A DNA stretch of 60,803 bases, filler included, from Basidioascus undulatus (Eukaryota), in assembly GCA_000826855.1 (NCBI GenBank). It is 6 parts of 6 records of this genome, joined end to end, with 100 filler letters (N's around TTAATTAATTAA, not from the genome) between each part and the next. Parts side by side here need not be neighbours in the genome. Positions count along the whole stretch, not along the records: positions 1 to 27,132 come from JTLS01000170.1; positions 27,233 to 33,871 come from JTLS01001701.1; positions 33,972 to 40,606 come from JTLS01001702.1; 3 more parts are not named here. One strand, given 5' to 3'. Made by a program: the position numbers and the translations under genes. Numbering within the stretch: position 1 is the stretch's first letter; each line of letters begins with the position of its first letter. Of the stretch, positions 25,222 through 36,479 are shown in pieces. The notes beneath the pieces were generated by a model. The model was not told the origin of the DNA and did not search any database. It worked only from the letters and a program-made list of their open reading frames with translations.

Positions 25222-27132
25222 ATGCCTTCGCTGACCCTTCCCGAATACCGTCATTTCGTCGATCTCTCGCCGCCTTCGCGCTCGTCGGGCGGACAGACGC
25301 TGAGCACGCCCGATCTTCGGGCTGCACAGCTCACCGCGCTGGAGTATCTCTACGACGAGTACAACCCGGACTCTGCGCCCGATTCGGCGCAAGCGCACAT
25401 GCCGGTGCAGCAGCGGGCCCAGCTCATCCGCGCCCTACTCGCCGTCCGGGATCCCTCCGTCGGCGATCTGCCTGCCAATGTGCAGGACGCTATCGACTCG
25501 ATCCTCTCGCACAATATATCGTACGAATCTCTCATTTCCGCTCGTTCAATCCCAACAATCGATACACTATTCCCTTCTTCTTCCCCCTCGGTTCTCCCGC
25601 CGACCTTCCCCCGCATCGCGTTCCACCGCGGCGACATCACGCGCCTCTCCTCTCCCACCCTCGCGATCGCCAACGCCTGCAACTCGGCCCTCCTCGGCTG
25701 CTTCCAGCCCCGGCACGTCTGCGTCGACAACGTCATCCATGCTGCAGCCGGGCCGTGGCTTCCCGCGGACTGCTATGCTATCATGCAGGCGCAGGGGGAG
25801 GACGAGCCAGTTGGACGCGCGAAGGTCACGAAGGCGTGGAGCCTTCCCTGCGGATACGTTTTGCACACTGTGGGACCGCAGCTGGCGCAGGGGGCCGTTC
25901 CGTCGAAGGAGGAGGAGGAGGCGCTTGGGCGGTGTTACACCAGCTGTCTGGATCTCGCCGAAGAAGTGAGTTGAAGCCTGCAGTTCGTTTGCGTTCCAAA
26001 ACCGAGACAGCTAAAACTAATTCTCATTTCAAGTTGGGCTCCATTGATGCTGTCGCCTTCCCCTGCATCTCCACCGGCCTCTTCGCCTTCCCCGGCGCTC
26101 TCGCCGCGCGCATCGCCCTCCGCGCAGTGCACTCCTGGCTCTCCTCACGCCCCTCCTCTCCGATGAGCGTCATCTTCACCCTCTTCACTCCATCCGACGC
26201 ATCGCACTACATTTACGCGCTCCAAGACGTCTTCCCGTCCCTCCCCGAGCCCCCACGCAAGCTTCTCCCTCACGTCCCGCGGGAGGTGATAGAGTGGATC
26301 AGAGAGGCGGACGCGATGGTGGTCCGCGCTGGGGCGGGGCTGAGCGCGGACGCGGTGAGGGCGGATCTGGGCTTGGGATTGGACTACACCAGCACAGAGC
26401 TGTTTCGTAAGCTTTATCCGGGCCTGCTCCAGAAGACGCGAATGCGCATGTTGTACCACTCGGTGCGTGCTTTACGTGACCCCCAAAACTTAACATCTGA
26501 CGTCGATCTGCGGTACCCAGATCGGCTACGACTTTCCCGATGTCCGTCTCTCCTCCCTCTCCGCTTATCCTCACCCGCTCGCTCACCCACATATTATCTT
26601 TTACAGCCCTACGTCAAGTGGGCCTTCTACTTCTTCCACGCGCACACCACCTCGACGTGGGGCCCAACGCCCGTCTACCGAGCGCTGCACCGCCTCGCGC
26701 ACTCCTTCCCGTCCCACTTCGTCCTCACTTCCAACGCCGACAACCTCTTCTACCAATCCTCCTTCGACCCCTCCCTTATCTACACCCCGCAAGGCTCCTA
26801 CGCGTACCTACAGTGCCTCGAGCCCTGTTCCCCAGACGCCTTCTTCCCCGTCCAGCCGTACATCGACCGCGCCGTCCCCTTCCTCGACCGCAACACCATG
26901 CGCCTCCCCGCTGACAGGCCGGACCTCATCCCCTCCTGCCCGCGCTGCGGCGGCGAGGTGTTCCTCAACGTGCGCGGGGGCAACTGGTTCCTCGAGACGC
27001 CGCAGCGCGAGCAGCGCGCGGCGTATCAGCGGTTTATCGAGGAGGGCAAGGCGGAGGGGAAGAAGCTCGTGTTGCTGGAGATTGGGTGCGGGTTCAACAC
27101 GCCCAGTGTTGTGCGCTGGCCGGGCGAAAGGA
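25222..27132 (+). CDS. MFS1: Zn-macrodomain / class-M sirtuin (SirTM) fusion protein; 3' end cut by contig end
   Basis: The macrodomain has RGDIT, NACNSALLGCFQPRHVCVDNVIHAAAG (CX4HXC Zn motif at 25699-25722), YVLHTVGP and AFPCISTGLFAFP. The sirtuin has AGAGLSA, LTSNADNLF, PQGSYAYLQC (Gln at the catalytic His position, typical of SirTM), CPRCG..NVRGG and LLEIGCGFNTPSVVRWP. Introns are about 25966-26033, 26463-26520 and 26541-26606. The symbol here means 'macrodomain fused to SirTM', not an MFS transporter. Confidence 0.92.
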
Positions 27133-27232
27133 NNNNNNNNNNNNNNNNNNNNNNNNNNNNNNNNNNNNNNNNNNNNTTAATTAATTAANNNNNNNNNNNN
27201 NNNNNNNNNNNNNNNNNNNNNNNNNNNNNNNN
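27133..27232. other. Artificial contig linker (N44-TTAATTAATTAA-N44)
   Basis: Identical 100-nt spacer with stops in all six frames, repeated five times in the window. Confidence 0.98.
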
Positions 27233-27925
27233 GGGGGGGGGGGGGTTGTTCATTTTGAACCATGCATTGTCAGCTTTATAACTAGTGCGGTGTAGGGCCT
27301 GCGGTATGAAACTTACTTATAGGTCTTTTCTCCAGCGGGATTGCCCGTTGCTGAGCTTCGCATTTGGGGAATTAAATTTGTGTGAAGCATTTGAATTCAT
27401 CACGTAGTGCCAATATCAGAAAGCTTATTTTGTTTGGCCCCCCGGGATGTCGGTTTGTGTCGGTCGCAGCTCGCAGTCGCAGTCAAAGTCTGCAAACAGG
27501 AGAACGTCTCCTTGGAGGCTGCGCTTAAGGAAACCTTCCGAAATATCTGGTGTCAAAGAGATGGATTCAACAATGATGATGCATTCCTGGCTGTGGCGTT
27601 GGCCGTATCAAGCGCGTTGTTTATCCAGGCACCTCGACTCTCGACCTACATTATGAATGCTGCTCGCAAGCCCCCGCGGTGAACGGCCTAGGTGTTCCTC
27701 TGCTAACCTGGCACCAAATCAAGTAATAGTGTGATGAATACTTTTGGGCTTTGACCTGGCTCTTCGGAGTCTCGAGAGGAATGCGGTTTCGCCTGCCCCT
27801 CTCGGAGTTGCATGGGTGTCATCAGTCACAGCGAATCAATCCACAACGCCCTCGAGTCTGGGCAGTCTGGCTACCTACTGCCACGGGAGGACAATCGCAG
27901 CCTGTGTCGGAAACTTTGCAACTGG

Positions 27926-28284
27926 ATGCCCTCCCGAGCGTTCGTTTTGTACAAAAGAACGACCAAGGTCAAGAGGGGGTCCCAAAAGGTCCCTCCCCTG
28001 CGCTTCTCCCGGTCGCCACGATCCGCCTCCCAGTCGAGCTTCTCCTCCAGATCCAGTCCGACAAGTCCCTGGATCTCCAAGCCCACGCCTCTCTTTCAAG
28101 CGTCTCCACAATCTTCTCAGAGGCTGTAAGCGCCAGCCCGTTCGATTTCTCTGCATCTCTCTATGACGAGGGACTCGGGGAGGCGCTACTGCGGCGAAAT
28201 GGCTTCGCGACGCCAAGTTCGCATTCGCTGCTGCCCAAAGTACAGGGGGACCTTGCTTCCAGCCTACTCGCTGCGCTCATTTAG
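27926..28284 (+). pseudogene. Possible F-box-like gene remnant
   Basis: IRLPVELLLQIQ...LDLQAHASLSSVSTIF resembles an F-box motif. There is no clean in-frame ATG or continuation. Confidence 0.4.
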
Positions 28285-28699
28285 CGTCCGGAGTTGGAGT
28301 TGGTAACTGCATGTTGGGGTGAGTCTAATTTACAGAGCGCTTTTGAAGAAGACCGAGCGTTCAGCAAACTGGCTAATAGCGGGGTTTCTTATCACTCAGG
28401 TTTGCCATCCCCTCGGACGCCGCTCACTCCCAGTGACGTGGCTAGCTCCAAGCCCTCCCTCATTCTCCACCCCATTCTCTCCAGCTTTAACTCCCTGCAC
28501 ATTTTTCTTGACACCAACCAGACCCCCCACATCACTGTTCGACTGGGAGCTTCCCTTTCCCGCCCCGTCGCTCTCGTGCACTGCGTCCCAGCCGCCGCCG
28601 CCTTTGCCATGAGCCCGCCAGTCGAGAGGCTTACCGTTACAATGGATAGTCCTCGCAGAGACGGCACGAGCCAACTGGCCCGAGGTCTGTTCGCGGTCT

Positions 28700-30739
28700 G
28701 AGGAGTCCAGGAAATCCGCGCGGACGGCGAGCGCATGGTCGAGGAAGACAAGAAGAAGCCGGCTCCGTAGGACGAGGCTCTCACGCGGGCATACGCGCAG
28801 CCGCTTGGCGTCCAGTGCCGGCTGCTCGTCACCCGCATGCTCACGTCGTACTGGCGCGACCCTGCGTACGGGTACGGGAAGCTGTTCACTGCTTTCCTCG
28901 TTAGTTGATTTTGTGCTTCTGGTGCGAAGACGATTTTACTGATCTCGTTTAACGGCCTCGACTCTTTCAGGTCGCCTTGTTGAATGCTTTCACGTTCTTC
29001 AAGTTGGAGACACGATCAATTAGCTGCAGCAGCGCATGTATGTCAGTCCGCTTTGCGCATTGTGGATCTAGGAGATTACTTTGCCTTCAGCTCTATCTTC
29101 TTGATCGTCCTCATCCCACCGGCCATCCTGAACGCGACCATTCCGAAGTAGATACCATTCTCCGCCCTCCTCCTGTTCACCACGCGCTCACGTCGCCTTT
29201 CATCATCAGGTACTTCCAGTACTGTGCGCTCTACGCAACCCGCGATTCACTCTCGCGCACCTACTCCTGGATTGCGATGCTGACAGCGATGCTCATTGCG
29301 TGAGTTGACCGCGAAGCATGCCGTCCGCCGTTTCAACTGACAAGATCTTACTCTTCAGCCAGCTACCGTATGCGCTGCTCGGCGCGGTCGTCTACTGGAC
29401 ACTGTGGTACTGGCTTGTTGGCCTGCCCAAGGGAGAGCCGTCCGGTTACGCGTTTATCATGGTCATCCTGAACGTACTTTAGAACCGGAAGTGCGGACGC
29501 ACCGAGGCTGAACTTTCTCAACCAGGTTCTTCATTTTCACGCCGACCTTGGCCCTGTGGCTTTGCACGAGGTGAATACTTGGCATGACGGGGCGAAGAAC
29601 GCCATCCTAACTATTTCCATTCGCAGTGCTCCGTCGCCCTGCCTTTCCAGTGCGTTACAGATGAGCTTGGCATTTCACGCCGTTCTGCGATTGAGAACTA
29701 ACTTCGTTTGAAAACAGCTTGGTCGTGCTTAACTGTGGGTTCTGGAAGTGCGCATGGACTTAGAAGCCATCGCCGAGCTTACAAAACCGCAGTGATGAAC
29801 GTTGTCATCCTGCCTTGTATGTCCTTCGTTCCTCGATCAGCCTGCGAACGCTGACACCTTTCTGAATAAACAGACTCGTTGATGCCAGTCATCTGGAAGT
29901 ACCGGTCTAGTACGTCAATCCCTTCATCTACTTCATCGTCAGTCCAGCATCTCGCGTCCAGGATTGTACCTCGTCGCTAACCCTTGTCTCACGGGGCGGC
30001 ATGCTCGCGGCTATCATCTCCGCACGCCTGCAAACTGCGCCGAGGCCGAGCTGGCAGTATTCCAACCTCCGCCAGGAGGACAAATGTGCGGCGACTACGC
30101 AGGGCAGTGGACCTCAATGAAGCCCGGATACCTCGTCAACCCGGACGCCACTTCGGACTGCAGGTGTGCAGTATTCATACACACAATTTATTGACTTATG
30201 ACTGACGTGCTCTTCATTTACCTACTGCCAATACGCGTAAAATATTTCCTTTCCTTTGCCGTAATTCTTCGTCCTTTCTGACACTGCTTTCCCTGCAGCT
30301 CTGGTGACGATTACGTCGCTACCATCAACGTCGAGCACAGTGACCAGTACGTGAGAAGCGCTCCTCCTGACCCTTGGCACATGCACTGACAGCGTGATGG
30401 GTATCCTGCAGCTGGCGCTACTTCAGCGTAGTCTAGCAGTTTCATCCCGGCCCGGGGCCCTTCGCTGATCGTTCTTTGTTGCAGATTTTCCTCGCTTTCA
30501 ACATCTCCAAACATCGCGCTTGTGTATGCCTTCGTAAATTGCCTGCATCGTACTGCAGCTCACACTTCTTGCATGAATCACTAATGACTTTCATTGCCGC
30601 GTTCTGCAGTTGGATTTTCCAAGTGAGGCGTTTCAGCGTATGTTGCGTTCCCCCAACTACGTTCCATTGCGCCGGACGTAATGCTGACATTCACTGCTAC
30701 CTTCAGCCGGTGACGCTCATTATGAAGCGCAAGGAGTAA
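28700..30739 (+). pseudogene. PDR/ABCG-type ABC transporter remnant (second membrane domain and C-terminal extracellular loop only)
   Basis: Motifs YAQPLGVQCRLLVTRMLTSYWRDPAYGYGK, SRTYSW, LPYALLGAVVYWTLWYWLVG, YVNPF and PPPGGQMCGDYAG..GYLVNPDATSDC/YCQY/SGDDY. In-frame TAG at 28768-28770, more lesions near 29900, and no nucleotide-binding domains upstream. Confidence 0.85.
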
Positions 30740-31262
30740 CCTCGAATTTCCTTCTGCCTTTTCACCAGCTGAAACCTTATCCCTGTCCCGAATCTCCTTC
30801 TTTTCCATTCGTAAAGTCTCAATGCATAAACAGTCTTTAATATCCAACTCTCATTCATATCTAGGGACATCATAGAACTTGCTTGACTCATGCATCAAAC
30901 TGGAGAGCAGTTTGAGGTTGTCAGGCCTGTCCAACGCGCCTGTCCTAGCTTACAAGGCTTCGCCAGAGCACTGGAGGGCCTTGACGCATTTGTAGTAGTG
31001 CCCCTGGGGTGGACGACTGGATATCGGCAGGACGCTGTGAAAACGGTGGGGTGGGTAGCTGGAACTCGGCGAAACGTCAGGAGGTAAAGGCTACAGCTTT
31101 GAGGACTCCCACAGCAGAAGTACAAAGGCGGTTTTTTTCAGATGTTGTTAGACTGCGGACTCTTGACATCGCGGGACTGTACGCATGTGCGGTGGTTGTT
31201 GCTTCGCCCACGCACTGAGGCAGTGACTCCTTCCACCCTGCACACCAAATATCCGCAAAAAG

Positions 31263-31360
31263 GGGCCTGACCGGGAATTGAACCCGGGACCTCTCCCAAT
31301 CATGCCATGGCATGGGCTTGGCAACCCGAAGGGAAAATCATACGACTAGACCATCAAGCC
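31263..31360 (-). tRNA. tRNA-Pro(CGG) with a 26-nt intron (31299-31324); C in place of the conserved D-loop G18
   Basis: GGCTTGA/TCAGGCC acceptor stem, TTCCC-TT-CGG-G[intron]T-GGGAG anticodon arm, CCGGG-TTCAATT-CCCGG T arm, and an oligo-T terminator immediately downstream. Confidence 0.88.
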
Positions 31361-32327
31361 GATGCATAAGCTCACACTTTTGATATACACAAAGATTTTG
31401 ATATTTGCCCACTGAAATATACTGTTCTGCTCCGCAGCTAGTGATGCAAACCATGGCGAAGAGCAAAGGAGGCTAACACCTTTAGCACTACGTAATGAGC
31501 CAGGTGGTGCGATACCGCACTTCGTCGAGCTGTGCTTCTCTCCTCCCAACAGTGCACATGCCAGTGGGTGTCAACAAGACTACAATCACACGAGAGGGTG
31601 TAAGAAATGTGAGTGGGTCGTAAGCAGTTTTCAAAGATTGTGCAGTGGTTCATCACGTCCGACAGTTCATGCACGCCTTACTTAACCACACAGTCTCTGC
31701 GTGCCATCGTCGAGTCCCCAGACGCGCGGACGCACATTATAGTCCGACATCGCAACGCACTAGCTACTCGCTGCCAGGCCCCTTCGACCGTCGTAGCTGC
31801 CCAGGGAGAATGAAGCGCGCACTATTAGTAGGTGATTGAAGCGATCTCTCCGCTTTTGAACAGCAAGCCAAGAAACCACGAGGTGTTGAGGGGCATTGCG
31901 TCTGTACCTGGCAGTCCACAGTCACAGTCCGTGTCTTGACTCACGCGATGGTGTGCTCCACCACGTACATGATTTGCTCGAAGATTCATTGGAATACAAG
32001 TGATATGATGCTATATCGTCTGAGTATGACAGGCGTGTCTGAACGTTGTACCATAGCCAACCGCTGTTCGCGGCCAGCTCACCACGAATCCCTCATGCAC
32101 GAGCAAACTTCATGCGGTTCATCCACTGCGAAATAGTCACGGATGGAGTAAGAATGCGCTAGGATAGTCATCGCCTCCTGCTGAAGCAGCGAGAGCGAAG
32201 ACTGCCCGCAGCGTGCAGCCGTGTGTGCGTGCGCGCAATGTCGAAATAAGGCTGCGCGTTCAGATAATGAGTACTCAACGAACAAGCAGTACACACCCCC
32301 TCCCCCTCTCCCCACCCCCGCCGCGCC

Positions 32328-33750
32328 TCACTGCATGCAGATCGTACGGTCCCTGATGGCCTTCAAGCCGAGATCGCGCCAGTCCTCGCGGCGGACCCAG
32401 AGGTCGGCGACAGCGTCGAGGCGCGCGAGCACGGCGACGCCCTTCCACGCGAGCAGCGCCGGGTCCGTCTCGCGCGGGGCGGGGATCACCTGCACGCGGT
32501 CGATCGAGGGGGAATGCTGCTGCAGGAGCGGCTGGACGCTGCGCTCGCGGGGACGAGGAAAGAGAAGGTTAGACGTATTGTACGGGAAGATGAAGGAAGC
32601 GGAAAGAAAGGAGAAGGAAGGAGGAAGTTAGGAAGGCTTGAAGGGAAAAAGCAGTGACCCAGTGACCCACCGAGTTTCCAGCCCCCACGCAACGCCGCGC
32701 ATCCTCCCCGTCCCGCCAACGACGACCAAGCTCTCCGCGAACCTGCGCACGCGATCGGGTGCCTGCGTCGCGATGATCGAGTTGACGACGGCAACATGGA
32801 GTGGCATCTTGCTTGCCTCACGCGGGATATCAAAGGGCAGGGCCTGCGGTGCCACCGGGGCGGGCGGGGCTGGGCTGGCTGGGCGTGAGGAGCCGGGCGC
32901 CTGCCCCTCAGGGAGTTCGGGGCGGGGCGACCCAGCCGGCGTGAGGGAGGGAAGAGGTTGTGCTGCGGGAGGTGGGGGCGGAGGAGCCTGAGGAGCAAGG
33001 TGCATAGTGGAGATGTGCATTGCGGCCGTGACGGGGTTTGCGCCGATGTCGATCTCCTCGACGCGCGCCGGACCGGCCCACATCCGCCGGCGACGCTCGC
33101 CCTCGCCCTCGAACTTACGCACAAAGTCAAACACGCGCGTCGCAAAGAGCGCGTAGGGGGCCTTGATCACGTCGTCGTACGTCTTGAGCGTGTACTTGAG
33201 CGTCTCCCGCCCAGGGCGGCGGACGTAGAAGTCGGTCAGGGCGACGCCGTAGTCGGTCTTTCGGGTGTGTGTGCGTCAGAAACGAGTGCGACGGGCGCGA
33301 AGGGGGAGAGGGACGGAGAGAGAAACGGGAGGACGGAATGACGCACCTCAGAAAGCGTGATCAGCCGCTCCTTCAAGTCCTGGACGAGCGCCCAGTCCCA
33401 CGCGCGAGCGAGGTCCGCCTCGCGGTACGGGAAGTTGGCGCGCGCGAGCAGCTGGTGGAAGAAGACGGTGATGTCGTCGCCGCCGTAAGCGAGGCTCATG
33501 CTGTCCCAAACCCGTCGTTATCAGCTTTCGGTTCAGAATAGCGTGCGGCAAGAGAAGAGGGGAGAAGCGAAGAAATAAGGCAGGGAGAGGGAAGAAGATG
33601 GACTGCGGGGGGGTGAGTGGAGGAAGACCCACCGACTCTCGGGCAAGACGATCCCCTCCTCCACGCACGCAACGGACGTCTTCTGCGCGCCGATGTCGAC
33701 GACACACGCTGAGGACAGGCCCGCGCCGAACGCGGCGCAGTTGGACTCCT
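32328..33750 (-). CDS. ARP8: Actin-related protein 8 (INO80 complex), 3' portion; 5' part lost at contig end
   Basis: Motifs ESNCAAFGAGLSSVCVVDIGAQKTSVACVEEG, LAYGGDDITVFF..NFPYRE, TLKYTLKTYDDVIKAP, LVVVGG and PRETDPALLAWKGVAVL..LWV..DW..LGLKAIRDR. Confidence 0.9.
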
Positions 33751-33871
33751 ACTCGTCCGGGGCAGCGCTCATCAGCGAATGGTTCATTAATCCACCCGGT
33801 ATCCGAGGTCGGAGGGAGGAAGTAGTGAGGGAGGAGGTTGGAGGAGGTCGGAGGAGGAGGGGGGAGGACGG

Positions 33872-33971
33872 NNNNNNNNNNNNNNNNNNNNNNNNNNNNN
33901 NNNNNNNNNNNNNNNTTAATTAATTAANNNNNNNNNNNNNNNNNNNNNNNNNNNNNNNNNNNNNNNNNNNN
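33872..33971. other. Artificial contig linker
   Basis: N44-TTAATTAATTAA-N44. Confidence 0.98.
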
Positions 33972-34800
33972 GAGCGCGAGCGACCCCTCCAACCACCACC
34001 GCCTCCTCCACCACCGCGGGGCCCGTACCCGCCTCCGCGCGGCGGGGGACCGTACCGTCCACGCGGGCCGTACCCCCCGCGCCCGGGCGGAGGACCGTAC
34101 CCGCGCCGACCCGGCGGAGGCGGGCTCGGGCTGTAGCGCCTGCGCAGGGGAGGCGAGCGACGTGGCGGAGGGGATGGCGAGCGCGGCGCACGGTCGGTCA
34201 GTTCAAGAGTGAGGACGCTCCCGTCGATCTGCCCGCCGTGCATGTGATCCAGCGCTTTGGCGGCGGAGGTGACGGAGAAGTAGGTAATGTACGCGTTGCC
34301 GAAATTGGTGTTGGCTTGCAAAGTCCCCCCACGTCAGTATCAAAGAGCCCGAGGAAGGAGAGGGAGATGTCACGCACATTTCCGGTGCATCGGCAACGAG
34401 AGCTTGTCGATATCCCCATAGTGCCCAAATATCTCCTCCAGATGCGGGACGCCCACGTTCTTTGTCAGCCCGTGCACGGCCACGACGCGCATGGGCAGCG
34501 GCGAGCGCGAACGCGACCGGGAGCGGCTGCGCGAGAAGGAGCGGGAGCGGGAGCGGGAGTAGGAGCGGCGGCGCGGAGCGGGGGAGCGCGACCGAGAGAG
34601 GGAGCGCGTGTACGAGCGCCGGCGCGAGCGCGAACGAGAATGCGAGTCTGTGGGTCGCGAGAAGTCAGTCAGCGGACAAGCGGGGAAGGGTAAGGTCGAG
34701 CAGCCGTACGCATCGACACGTCCCGACCGCCATTGCGCGGCGGCGGCGTCGGGCTGCGCGACAGCGGCTTAGGCGAGCGCGAGCGTCCGCGGTCGGCCAT
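33972..34800 (-). CDS. RNPS1: RNPS1-like RS/RRM splicing and exon-junction-complex protein; 3' end cut by contig end
   Basis: An RS-repeat N-terminus precedes an RRM (VAVHGLTKNVGVPHLEEIFGHYG..GNAYITY..AAKALDHMHGGQIDG) and an RP/RG-rich tail. Confidence 0.82.
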
Positions 34801-35914
34801 TTTTGGGGAAAGGAATGGGAGGAGGTGATGAAGGTCGAAGGCAAGGCGCACCAACACGCGCGGCTCTCCCGTGTCCAACTTTGGGTTAGGTTTCGCTGTC
34901 GTGCTTCCTTTTGCCTTTTGTTTGTGTGCTGCAATGTCTGATTATCTTCGCTACTCCTGCAAGGAAAATGTATCAAATCATGTGCTTTGATTCAAGAGAG
35001 TCACTCGAACTCCTCCAGGAGAAAGTCGTCCTGCTAGAGAGCGTCCATGGGTGTTAACAGGCATTCCGGCCTTGCGGCTTCACCATATCACACTTCCACA
35101 GGATCCACACCACGGAATATAGAAAAAAATAATTCGAAGTTTGGTGCTAACAGAAGCCCATGAAGCACTCGGGACTGAAGTACACAGTCGAGGGACGACT
35201 GCGTGCATCCGTTAGGAGTTCGTACATTGTACGCGTGTAAGTTCCCACTCGACAGTATGTCCAAGGAGTCATGTACGAGTGTGAAAACTTGCGGGAGCTC
35301 GCATCGAAAAGGCATAGTCTCCTTGAAGTAGCAGAACGTTATTGTCCCGGTGCAGCGTTCGCAGGTTTGGAAGACCGGCTTCCAGGACTTCCAGGCCCTT
35401 GATCGAGGCTCAGCCGTTCTGTTGAAAATAGTCGGAGCTGGTTATAAAGTGAACAAATCTTTCGTAAAATTTTGTTCCAGTTTTGCAGTGGCATTACATG
35501 TAAGGTGGGACGTGGTCAAGTTGGATGTGTCGGAGCGCAACGACCGGACCGCCGCCGAATGTCAGGGACGCGTGCGCCCTACCCAGCTGAGTTTCCGCTG
35601 ACTGCGCCTCTGGATGACGATGAGAATGGAGTACTCGCGTCATGGACGTCCCTACTCGTCAAGTGAAGGATATTTGGCTGTGCACCCAGCATTATCGTGG
35701 AGCTGATGACGCACTGTACCCTACCAACGCGCCCGCAGCGCAGCCGACGTCCACCTCGACCAGGTATTTCTAATGCGAACCTCTCAGCTTGCTTCCACAC
35801 ATCGTCGACAATCAAGCGTCGACTACCCCTCTTCTTTTCCTACGAAGCCATTCACGTCGCACACGCACCTCTACCGCCCACCCACGCCCCTCCAACCGTC
35901 CAGCACCCCCACCA

Positions 35915-36239
35915 ATGGACCCCCAGACCCCTACACGCTCGCCGGAGGAGGCCGAGTCTGCGTCCGACGCGGAGGAGGAGTCCTCGAAGGGTGCTGTACA
36001 GCACGCCCCGACGGAGGCACCAGCGAAGAAGGGCCAGCAGAAGAAGAAGGTCGAGAAGAAGAAGGGTGGTGGGGAGAAGAAGAAGAGCGACCTCGGCTTG
36101 CGGCTCGACCTGAATCTGGACGTCTACGTCAAGCTGGAGATCCAGGCGAAGGTGCACGGTGATCTGACGCTCTCGCTGCTGTACGTGTCTGATATTTTTC
36201 TTTATCAACCCTTGGGGCTGATAACTGAGCAGACGTTAG
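35915..36239 (+). CDS. Small fungal protein of unknown function with charged disordered N-terminus and C-terminal LRLDLNLD..HGDLTLSLL motif
   Basis: GC3-rich ORF starting at ATG 35915, with a probable terminal intron at 36181-36232. I recall the C-terminal motif from a family of small fungal hypothetical proteins; this was not searched. Confidence 0.7.
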
Positions 36240-36479
36240 GGGATAGGGCGTGATGGGTGGGCGGTAGACTTTGGTGAATCCCTTGCGCGCTGTTTAGCGG
36301 TCAGGTCTTTGGTAAGCACCGACTTGCACCTTGAACGACCGCGTTCGCCTTACTCAAACACCTATATTTGCACCCTATAGGCACACCGAAGATCACTTTT
36401 GACGAAAAAGACACTCTCTATACCCTTTCCTGCTCTGTTCCCCTGCTCGTGTACTGCATAACGACCTGCAACTCGCAAT

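Noticed and set aside
27177..27188. TTAATTAATTAA recurring about every 6.7 kb, resembling a periodic repeat or piggyBac TTAA sites
   Set aside because: It is always embedded in N44 flanks, so it is a synthetic linker with stops in all six frames.
34500..34640. GGGAGC/GAGCGC-type short tandem repeats
   Set aside because: They are explained by the RS-dipeptide coding region of the RNPS1-like gene.
35088..35600. FYIPWCGSC thioredoxin-like string and LPNLRTL LRR-like string on the minus strand
   Set aside because: These are isolated short matches bounded by stops in different frames. They could be chance or an unidentifiable remnant.
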